DNA from: Octopus vulgaris
Lineage: Eukaryota
Assembly: GCA_951406725.2 (NCBI GenBank)
Contig: OX597818.1
Span: 19,158,001 to 19,222,000 of the forward strand
Direction of reading: 5' to 3'
DNA: 64,000 nt
Position 1 is the stretch's first letter, and each line of letters begins with the position of its first letter. The notes beneath the pieces are model-generated. The model was not told the DNA's origin and did no database searches. It was given only the letters and a program-made list of their open reading frames with translations. The position numbers and the translations under genes are program-made. Of the stretch, positions 51,927 to 62,129 are shown piece after piece.

Positions 51927-53074
51927 CTGAAATATGAAAAAGACAAAAATGAAAATAACAAAAATCATAATAAAAGTAAAAATGAACAAAAACATCTACA
52001 TTAAAACTGGCAATGTTCAGCATTGGAAAAACTGAGTTGGTAGAAATATCAGACAAAGTGTCTTGCAGTATTAAGTTACATCTCTTTGTGTTCTGTGTTC
52101 AAATCTTGATGAAGTCAATTTTGATTTTCATCTTTGTGCAGTTAGTACCAGTCAAACACATGAAGCAATATAATCAACAATATCTTTTTTCCAAATTGTA
52201 GTTTTGGGCTTACGTTAAAGATAAATATTTAATTCGCAGAAAACAATAGATTTATCATGATAAAGCCCCATACAGTTCAAATCAAATTAAAAGCACATCA
52301 ATTACTATTTTGTAATTGCTACATAAATTGGTTTCAAATTTTGCATAAGGCCAGCAAGTTTAGAGGAGGGATAAGTCGATTACAATGACCTCAGTCTACA
52401 ACTGGTATTTAATTTATACACCCTGAAAGGATGAAAAGTAAAGTTGTCCTCAATGGAATTTGAACTCAAAGCTTTAAGACAGATGAAATGCCACCAAGCA
52501 TTTTGCCTGGTGTGCTAGCAACTCTGCCAGCTTGCCACCTTAATTGCTGCATATATTGATGTAGCGAATTTGCAACAAGATAGGATGGGGTCGTTGCTGT
52601 TTAGCCCTCTATATCTATCAGCCAAACTGCCCTCAAATATAATCCTTGGTATCATAAACATGGAAGGCCAATGAAATATAGTTCTAAATATCCTCTCAAT
52701 ATAGTTCTAAATATCCTCTCAAAGACATCATGAGTTGTTTCTGTTCCTGATATTGTTTAGTCTCAGGTTAGCTCTGACTGAGTAGACCCCACTGAACAAG
52801 AGCATTCTAGCTATGAGCTTCCCACTGCTTTTAATCCATGTACATGGATCCCAAGATCAGATTGTCTAATGTATCCTTTCCCTGTGAAGGTGAGTATGAT
52901 TTGACAGAGATTTAGTTGCTGTTGTTAGCAGGTCATATGATCACGTTATGATGCTATGAGTCTCTTATTGATTTGGAGGGGTGATCATGGCTGGCATACA
53001 TGTGATAAGTTTGCTGGATCAGGATTTACCTTGTGAGAACAACAACTAGTTTTAATGACATTAAGTTAGCTTAC

Positions 53075-53171
53075 CTGCATTCATCAATACTTGGCAGCAT
53101 AATGCTCTCACAGCTTTTCATGGCAGGGAGTGGTTCAATATATTTCAAACAAGGCTGTACATCAATGTAAG
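53075..53171 (-). CDS. Cys-rich membrane protein exon (repeat 1c, 97 nt)
   Basis: Encodes YIDVQPCLKY...KSCES...DECS. Boundaries CTTTAG|...|GTAAGC, phase 1 to 2. Confidence 0.85.
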
Positions 53172-53264
53172 CTAAAGACAAGTAAAATGGTTGGAAAAAG
53201 AACATAAAGACATGAAATTAATTATTTTTCTTCATTATCATAAAACAATTCATTATTATAACAT

Positions 53265-53745
53265 CTTTCTTTATCCGCTCAGTCGAAGTCGACTCTCGAT
53301 CACTCGTTGGATCAGTGTCCTCCAGTCAGTTCTATCCTGGGCCACTTCTTTCAGAATGGCTATGTCCATTCTGGTATCACTCTTGATGGTGTCAAGCCAG
53401 CGGGTTCTTGGTCGGCCTCTTCCTCTCTTGCCACTGACCATTCCGAGCATGATGTCCTTCTCCAGGGATTTTCTCCGCATAATATGACTGAAATATGCCA
53501 ATCTATGCTTGGTGATCCTAGCTTCTAGCAGCATTTTCGGCCTTATCTGCTTATGAACTTCTCCATTGGTGAGCCTCACTGTCCATGGAATCCGTAAAAG
53601 TCTTCTCCAACACCAAAGCTCGAATGCATTAATTCTCTTCTGGTCAGCTTTCTTTAGTGTCCAGGTCTTGCATCCATATGTTGCTATTGGGAAGACAATT
53701 GCATTCACCAATCTGCATTTGGTAGTGAGTCTGATGTCTCTACTC
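53265..53745 (-). mobile_element. RTE/BovB-like LINE 3' fragment
   Basis: Encodes VFPIATYGCKTWT...INAFELWCWRRLLRIPWT...GRPRTRWLD. Confidence 0.88.
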
Positions 53746-54319
53746 TAATGGTTTCTAATTTTGGCACAAGGTCAGCAAGTTCAAGGGAGGGATAAGTTGA
53801 TTACATCAATCCCAGTGCTCAACTGGTACTTATTTTATCAACCCAAAAAGGAAGGAAGGCAAAGTCGACTTTGATGGAATTTGAACTCAGAACATAGAGA
53901 TTGACAAAATGCTACTAAGCATTTTACTCAGATGCAAATGATCTTGCCCATTCACAGCCTTACTATTATAATATAAACCTTTCTACTATAGGCACAAGGC
54001 ATGAAATTTGAGGGGAGGGGTCAAGTCTATTACATCGACCCCAGTACTCCACAAGTACTTAATTTATTGACCCCCAAAAGGATGAAAGGCAAAGTCGACC
54101 TCTGTGGAATTTGAACTTGGAATGTAAGGATGGATGAAATGTTACTAAGCACTTTGGCCAGCATGCTAACGATCCTTCCAGTTTGCCACCTTATTACTCT
54201 TATAATAAAATAATAATAAAATATAATTATATCAAGTGAACTTGAAAAAATAAAGAAATCATTATTTTGTTTTACATTATTTCCCAGATATTTGGTTTTG
54301 GGTAAATTGTGCTAAGTCA

Positions 54320-54905
54320 AATCCTTTCAATGGAGGTGTTGGACTTTGGGCACGAATGTATACCACCACCTCTGCTTTTCATAATTTTTATGAACTGAAT
54401 TGAAATGCATAGCCATTATGAAAGTGGTATCACATTAAGTGGGTGTAGGATTGGTGAACTGATATTTGCAGATGACATGGTGCTATTTGACTCATCAGAA
54501 GGTGATCTTCAGCATGCACTTAATAGCTTCACTGCTGAATTCTGTAAGGCAGGGATGGGAATTAATGTTGGGAAGACTGAGGCATTGGTCCTCTCAAGAA
54601 AGTCTTCCCAGTGCACTCTGCATGCTAGTGGAACATCACTGAGACAAGTGGAGAAGTTGAAGTATCTGAGGGTTGTATTCAGAAGTAATAGGAATCAGGA
54701 GGCTGAATTGGATGCAAGAATTTTAGGTGCTGGTAAAATTATGTGTTAGCTGCAACATTCGATCCTCAGAAGAGAGATTGGTAAAAAAGCCAAACTTGCT
54801 ATCTTCAATTTGATTTTAAGGCCTAACCTCACCTAGGGCCATGAATGAAAGAGTTCAATCACAAATACGTGTGGCTGAAATGGGGTTCTTCCAGGGGAAC
54901 TCTGG
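54320..54905 (+). mobile_element. Decayed LINE RT fragment (RTE-like)
   Basis: Encodes LIFADDMVL...GMGINVGKTE...VEKLKYL. Confidence 0.75.
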
Positions 54906-54988
54906 AGAAAATGTGAACCTCCAACCAGGAGGCTCAATGACTGAAACAAATGAAACATAAAAGATGATAAATTAATTTATATACTCAC

Positions 54989-55119
54989 TTTGAATCCTTC
55001 CATTGCACAGATAATTGAAGGTATCATGTATGTATTCTAACTTGCGTTGTAGTTCCTTTTCATGCGTAGGACATTCAAGCATTAATAACTGGTAGCACAT
55101 CTCAAGTTTATATTTATAT
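54989..55119 (-). CDS. Cys-rich membrane protein exon (repeat 1b, 131 nt)
   Basis: Encodes YKYKLEMCYQLLMLECP...FNYLCNGRIQ. Boundaries TTACAG|...|GTGAGT, phase 2 to 1. Confidence 0.87.
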
Positions 55120-55310
55120 CTGTAATGAATGAATGAATCAATCAATCAATCAGTCGTCGTCATCATCGTCATCATCATCACTGTCATTGTTGTCATCATT
55201 TTCATCGTTTTAACATCTACTCTTCCATGCTTTACATAAATCAGATGTCCTGCAGCCAAACATATTTTCATGCATGCATACACACATATTCACACTCACT
55301 TACACACACA

Positions 55311-55836
55311 TGCCATAAATCCTCGAGTATAGTCCGCCCTTGAGTATAATGCGCAAGGGATTTTTAGGGTGATGTACCTCTGAAAAGCCTAAACCTTGTA
55401 TATTATACGCACCCCTTCTCTAACTTGAGTCGTGCGTAATTAAGCCAGCAGTACCTAGTCGAACAAATACTTCCGCGCATGCGTAATACAATAATGGTGA
55501 TGTTCTTAATTGTTATATGGGAATGTAAATATGTTTGTAAATTGTTTTTGTTACATGTTATTCTGTATTCTGAATATTTTAATTTTAATAAATGTTGCTT
55601 ACTGCAAGTTATGGATGATTCTTTTATGACTTCATTGCTTTCAGGCTTAGCTTAAGGTATTTTCGCACCCGACATCACAAAATGCACCTGAATAAACATT
55701 GCCGGACAGCAAATAGAGACTCGGACATTGCTTAGAAAATATTTTTCATTTTTAACCTCGTATATAATATGCACTAGGGATTTTGACCTTTAAATTTTGG
55801 GGAAAAAATGCGGATTAGGCTCGAGGATTTACGATA
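55311..55836. mobile_element. pogo/Tigger-like MITE
   Basis: TIRs TAAATCCTCGAGTATAGTCCGC / GCGGATTAGGCTCGAGGATTTA, with subterminal repeats of (C/T)GAGTATA(A/G)T.CGC. Confidence 0.7.
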
Positions 55837-55996
55837 CAAAAGATTCCTTCATCTTCTATTTATTGAATTTACTTACAAGGCTTTGTTCAGCCCAGAATAT
55901 AGTAGCAGGCACTTGCTCAAAGTGTCACGCAGGGACTGAACCTCAAACTACATGATAAGGAAGCAAATTTCTTAACCACACAGCAATGCTGATATA

Positions 55997-56213
55997 CGAG
56001 GCAGGGCTGAAAAGTTCCTGGCTTTAAGGGTAATGCAAAAGGCCTGATTGGATGCCCAACCTTCCAAGTTCTTTTACAAGGCCCAGAAAATCTGAAGGAC
56101 CAATGCAATAGGTGTGTGAGTCTGAGAAGGGGATATGTTATATAAAATCATAATTAATTGATCCTCCTGTATTTTCTTTTACCCAAAGCCAGGAACTTTA
56201 CAGCACCCCTTCA
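55997..56213. mobile_element. Mariner-derived MITE
   Basis: TA-flanked TIRs; an inverted copy of the 6394-6610 family. Confidence 0.8.
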
Positions 56214-58553
56214 TATATTATTATTATTATTATTATCTAATTGATTACAGTCACATAAAGATGAGCAAAAGACACTCAGTAAAACAGGGGATGTTATACA
56301 ATGGTACAATGAAAGTACCATGACAATAGCTGATATGGTTCATGAACATTAAAACATTTAACACAATGGTTTGGGTTTTCTGTTTTCAGATCTGAACCAA
56401 CAAATTTAGCATTTTTTTTTTTTTATGAGGTGACTGTGGTAACTGGTACACAGACACAGATTATTGGTTATACAAAAATTGAGGAATTACAGAATGGATA
56501 ATTTTAACATACATAAGATTTGCAAAATGTATGAAATGAATTAACAAGTGACAGAAGATTTTATTCTATAAAAAAATCAAAACAGGTGAAATGATTCTCA
56601 GGCACAAGAGAAAACAAAATTATTGCTGGTTTTTTTCTTTTCCCATTCAGTCAGGATGGAAAGGAATGTCCATGACTGAAAGGAGAGAGATAGGGAGAAA
56701 GACATCATCAAACTGGTTTGAATGCTTGCAATGGAGTGGACTCTACTATAGGCAGCCAAGGTACCAGGTAATAATGTTACTTTGGCAATGGATTGCATCA
56801 CCCACCCAAGCAGGCCATGGTAGAATTTGAGCACAAGGAACTGGAACAAGAACTGCAAGTCACATAGTTTTACCAATCCATCAACTTAGATAGTACCAAA
56901 AGGATAAAAGGCAAAGTTCACCTTAGTGGGATTTGAAACTAAAGCACAGAGAGTCAGAACAAATACCATGAGGCATTTTGTCTGATGCTCTAACTGATCA
57001 GCCAATTTGCAGCAATAGCTGTTTATATTAGAATGTAAACTTTAGAAGACAGGGTACAAATGAGAAAGAGAGAAATGTTAAAGACATGAAGACAGGAATT
57101 ACATGGTTAAAAAGCTTGTTGAAGAGGTAGAGAGAAGGGAAACTTTTAAATTTAATATATTATTGTGACTGGAAGTGAAATACTTAGCAAAATAAAAATA
57201 AAAATGCAAATTATTCTTTCTTTCTTAAATAGCTTCACTTAATCTTTAAGGTTCTGTAGAATTTCTATGGGTCCTACTAGTAGTATTAAATATGTTAAAA
57301 CTAATTTAACTGTTGGTCTTTCAAACAGCTGGCACCTGACAATAATTTATTTCCAGAATATTTCTACATTTTTATACCTACAATTGTACATCTACTTAGA
57401 GGATTTCTTAGCTCCTGAGACAAAAAAAGAAAGAGAAAAAGAAAGACAGAGTAACAAGGAAGAGAGAGAGAGAGAGAGAGAGAGTGTGTGTGTGTGTATA
57501 TTCATGGAGAAGTGCTTGGAATTTTTACTCATAGTTACCAAGCAACTCAACTATTTTTAGTTAACATGTTTTACACTCCCTGAAATAATTATGCTAAAAC
57601 TAACTCAACATATGAGAAAATGCTTTACTTGAGTGTAAAGCAAACTCAGTCAAAACTGTGCAGCAATTGTAATATTTTCCACACAGAAACAGGTTTAAGC
57701 TGACAGATACACTGAGAGTTGAATATGATTTCAAATCTAGCAAAGAATCAATTTTGTCATTCATCCTTCTGGACAAGTATCCCATTCAATGCAGACTGTC
57801 TTATACTTTCAGGTTTTAAAACAGGCGTTCTCATCCATATCTTATCTATGGGCCTCTTTGATTACCATTTTATTCTTGTTGACTCCCAGAGCCATTCGAT
57901 GTTTAAAAACTTGTTTTATAATAACTTCCTTCAAAATTCATATTTTGTTTTTCACACTTTAACTGTGTGGGTTGAGCTATGTAAAATGTTAGAGAAAGAG
58001 ACCTAGCTGTTTCTTGCAATACATACTAATACACACATCTTAAGCAAAATTTTTTCAGGGAGCCTGAAAATACTATTTTGGATCCCCAATTACTATTTTG
58101 TTGCGTGGACCTCTAAAAATTTCATATGGCCGTTGAGGGTCCATATGGACCACGACTGAGATCCACTGTTTTAAATATCAACAAGTTCCAGTCTAATGAA
58201 TCTGGATATTTCTGAGGTAATTAAGAAAGCGAAAGTAAAACAGCGTTGCATTGAATGGGATGTTTGTCCACCACAGTAATAAACTCTAGTTGCTGCTATG
58301 AGTCAGACTAGCCAGACTGAAGCAATGTGAAATGAAGTGCCTTGCTCAAGGACACAATGCACTGCTTGGTACCAGAACTGAACTTGTTTGATCATGAGCC
58401 CAGTACCCTACACTAGGCCACATACCTTCATTTAAAAGTTTGAGAGTTATTAAAATTGATAATTTTTTAACAGTTACTTACAAATATCTCCTTTATCTCG
58501 TAGTGGACTATAAATATTCTGATAAGAAAATAACTTCAAAACATTTTAACTAC

Positions 58554-58701
58554 CTGCAAATGTTCACCAAATCAGATGCCATCCATGAATTCACTGTCTT
58601 GGTTATCTGGGAATTAATGTTGAAGTGTGTTAACTGTAACAGATTCTCACATTCTTGGATTCTCATTGTCTGATATGACTTGTTACATTGCCCTTGTACA
58701 C
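58554..58701 (-). CDS. Cys-rich membrane protein exon (repeat 1a, 148 nt; most 5' securely identified coding exon)
   Basis: Encodes VQGQCNKSY...QECENLL...VNICR. Boundaries TTAAAG|...|GTAGTT, phase 1 to 2. Confidence 0.83.
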
Positions 58702-59269
58702 CTTTAAAAGAAACATGAAAACATAACTTGACTTTAGCAAAACAAACTTCACCAAAAATTATGCATAATTTTTTTTTTTTTTTTTTTTAATTATTAGAGG
58801 AGAAAAGACAGGGATGATAAACCCTTTTAAGGGCCTGTGTGATTTGTTAGAAGAAGTTATAAAGAGCATCATTGCCGCAAAAGCACAATTGTTCATTTCC
58901 AGTCATCATGGGAACTATTGCTTAACTTGGAAACAGGTGAGGGTTGATGACAGGAAAGGCATCCAGCTGTAGAAAAATCTATTGCAACAAATTCCATCTG
59001 ACCCATGCAAACATGGAAAAGCAGATATTAAATGATCTAAGTGCAGAATAAAACATGAGATTTAGTTTGTCATTTTATTATAACATAAATCATAAAAAAG
59101 AAGCTTTTGTTACCAAGGTCCAGACATATCTGTGTGACTAAGAGTTCACTTCCCATCTGCCTGGTTTTAGCTTCAGTCCCACTGCATGACACCTTGGATG
59201 AGCATCTATTATACCTTTGATCAGCCTGTTGTGTATATACATATACATACATGTCTATAATACACACAC

Positions 59270-59348
59270 ACATACATACATACATACATACATACATACA
59301 TACATACATACATACATACATACATACATACATACATACATACATACA

Positions 59349-59376
<28 letters not shown>
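59270..59376. repeat. (TACA)n microsatellite
   Basis: Directly visible. Confidence 0.95.
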
Positions 59377-59379
<3 letters not shown>

Positions 59380-59499
59380 GATGTACTGTTCCATGATGGT
59401 AAGATCAAGAAAAAAGTACTCCATCTGGTGAGAAATACATATTATTTAATAGAGGCAATACATGTTTTTATGTGCTATTAATAATTTCATATGTTGAGA

Positions 59500-60725
59500 A
59501 ATATCTCAAACATATTCATCAGGCACAAACCACAAATCATAACAAATTAAAAAATTGAATGAGAGAGAAACATGAAAAGTTGAGAATTTTTAGATGTTTT
59601 GCTAGACCTGAACTTCTTGTTAAACATTTCCATAAACCAAATGAGAAACTCACCTATATACATAAACAGTTTTATCACCCTCCTGTAATTTTGAAAAAAC
59701 CTGATAGCTAATATTAGTAATAGAGTGTTTAACCTCTCTTCCTCTAAAGAAATTTTCGAGAAAGCAGCGCCCTACTATATCAATACCCTAGCCAATAGTG
59801 GCTTCAAAGATAAATTAATATATAATCCCTCTAATAATAAAAATAATGATAATATAGACCTAAAAATAGACCAAGGAAAATTATTTGGTTCACTTCTCCC
59901 TTTTCCCTTAATATAAAAAGTAACATAAGTAAAAGATTCTGGGCTCTCCGAGACAAACACTTTCCAGTAACTCACAGATAGGGGAAAATATTTAATAGGC
60001 ATTCTGTGAAATTATCATATAGATGCTACCCCAATATGAAGAGTATCATTACATGAGGTCAATACCAAGAGCCTAAATCCAGTTGTAACTGTCGAGATCA
60101 AGGATCCTGTCCACTTGACAAACCATGTATGATTAAATCTGTCATATATGTGGCAGAAGTTACTACAATGCTAGATGATAATACAACAGATAAGAAGACC
60201 TATACTGGATTATGTGAAGGAGAATTTAAAAATTGTTATGCCAATCACATAACCTCCTTCCAACATAAGGACAAAAGCAAAGCTACTAAGTTCGCTAGCT
60301 ACATATGGAGTTCAAAATCTAGCGCAACATCATATGCAATTAAGTGGAAAATAATTGAAAAATTCACACTTTATATTAATGGATCAAACTATATTTAGCT
60401 GAAAGAGCTCAGACCTAAGATCCCTAACTCTCAACTGAACTTGAGGTCTGAAATTTTCAGCTACTGTAAACATGTCTAAGTACATTTTGGCAAACTGGAA
60501 AATTCCACCTGTACCTGATTAACTTGTTGATATCATTCCAGCTATATAATATAAATTCTATGGAGGATAACTCTTTTCTTTTACCTTCTTTACTTCTTTC
60601 TCAACTTTTCGTGTTTCTTCTTTCATTCAATATTTAATTCGTTATGATACGTGGTTTGAGCCTGATGAATATGTTTGAGGTGTTTCTCAACGTATGAAAC
60701 TTCTAGTAGCACATAAAAAGATGTA
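59500..60725 (+). mobile_element. Penelope-like element (Naiad/Neptune-like), decayed RT C-terminus plus GIY-YIG endonuclease
   Basis: Encodes EFLDV, KPNEKLTYIH, LSSSKEIFEKAAPYY..L..SGF, CNCRDQGSCPLDKPC, VIY...YTG.CE..FK..Y.NH and LNLRSE....CKH. A hammerhead sits at the 3' end. Confidence 0.85.
60657..60712 (+). ncRNA. Hammerhead ribozyme at the 3' end of the Penelope-like element
   Basis: Reads GC-CTGATGA-ATATGTTTGAG GTGTTT CTCAACGTAT-GAAA-C TTCTA GTA-GC. Long stem II, GUA triplet, weak stem I. Confidence 0.65.
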
Positions 60726-61004
60726 TTGTATCTATTAAATAACACACACACACACACACACACTTACGATCGTAAGCCGAATACGCTAACCACTAAGCCA
60801 CGTGCCTTCACTTATATCGTGAATGGAACAATAATAAAGGAGGTATGGAGGACAAGTTTCTCTACCGGGTCAGTACACTCAGCTGGCCTTGTTCCTTGGA
60901 TGATGAAATATCTTTAAGGCTTCAGAAACCAACTGATTCCTTTAGGACTCTTGAGTCTTGCATTTGTAGCGAGACCAATTTCTATTGTGGAATATTGGAG
61001 TCGA

Positions 61005-61065
61005 CTAGCCTTTTATAGGCTCCACACGTTAATCTTTTACGATTGGTCGTATTTTGATTGGTCGG
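61005..61065 (-). promoter_or_regulatory. TATA plus double CCAAT promoter candidate for the minus-strand membrane-protein gene
   Basis: On the minus strand, CGACCAATC occurs twice (61041-61049, 61056-61064), followed by CTATAAAAGG (TATAAAA at 61017-61011). CpG-rich context. Confidence 0.5.
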
Positions 61066-61149
61066 GAAATTTGCGAGATATGGATTGTCGATCTAATCGC
61101 GTTATGCGTAATACATTCTAAAACAACTAAGCTGAACTATCGCTGGAAC

Positions 61150-61306
61150 CAGGGACGGACTGAGCCGTCGGTCAATAGGGCACTGCCTGAGGGCCCAGAG
61201 ATCTGAGGGGTCTGCATTCTACATGTCAACTCTACTTTGATATCAATGCTAGGGGCTCGGTAAACAGTTATGCCCTAGGGCCCTTAGTACTCTCAGTCGG
61301 CCCCTG
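61150..61306. mobile_element. hAT-type MITE
   Basis: TIRs CAGGGACGGACTGAG / CTCAGTCGGCCCCTG with an 8-bp TSD GCTGGAAC/GTTGGAAC. Confidence 0.75.
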
Positions 61307-61632
61307 GTTGGAACCTACGTTTACTTATATATTGAGTTAACAAAACCTCTTTGATAGTGAGGTGAGAGAATGATATTTTCCTGCTGTTATAACAAAGCAC
61401 TTGTAACCAACGACAGCCAGAACTATGCAACCACCAGAATCCGTAATGTGTTTATTTCGTCCACCGTATAATTTAGTAGAGGAATAAAATCTCGCTGTTA
61501 TCTTAAAGTTTGTTTCTTGTCTTATTTCCACGAGTTAACACGCAACACATGTTATATAATGGTATGCAAGATACCTTAGTAAACCAAGAGAGACTTTATA
61601 ACCACTCAGTTAAATATTTGTTCCCAATATCT

Positions 61633-61856
61633 GTTTTTTTATTACCCACAAGGGGCTAAACATAGAGGGGACAAACAAGAACAGACAAACGGATTAAGTC
61701 GATTACATCGACCCCAGTGCGTAACTGGTACTTAATTTATCGACCCCGAAAGGATGAAAGGCAAAGTCGACCTCGGCGGAATTTGAACACAGAACATAAA
61801 GACAGACGAAATGCCGGAAAGCATTTCGTCCGGCGTGCTAACGTTTCTGCCAGCTA
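61633..61856 (-). mobile_element. SINE family A copy lacking the extreme 5' end, no TSD
   Basis: Matches 33684-33914. Confidence 0.88.
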
Positions 61857-62129
61857 CCATGTGTATATGCTGATGTCACTCATTTAATCATGTCTTACAA
61901 TTGGGAAAGCATTGCTTGTCATCACCACATTAAGAGGAAATAAATAAAGAAAAGAGTAGGTGTTTCCGAAAAAGAAACCAGAAAAAAAACCCACGCATTT
62001 TTCAAGCGGAATTTAAGCGAGCTGCTCAAAAACGTCAATTTTTATTCCTAAAGACGATGCAACCGTACAAAATGATGATGCAGTACCTTCAATGTAATGA
62101 ATTCAAACAATTAGGAAGAAAGTAACGAA

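Noticed and set aside
52675-52722. 23-bp direct duplication
   Set aside because: A simple local tandem duplication with no further structure.
61337-61531. Hydrophobic stretch (GCIVLAVVG) as the signal-peptide exon of the membrane protein
   Set aside because: No in-frame ATG and no convincing phase-1 donor after it. It also lies upstream of the TATA/CCAAT candidate.
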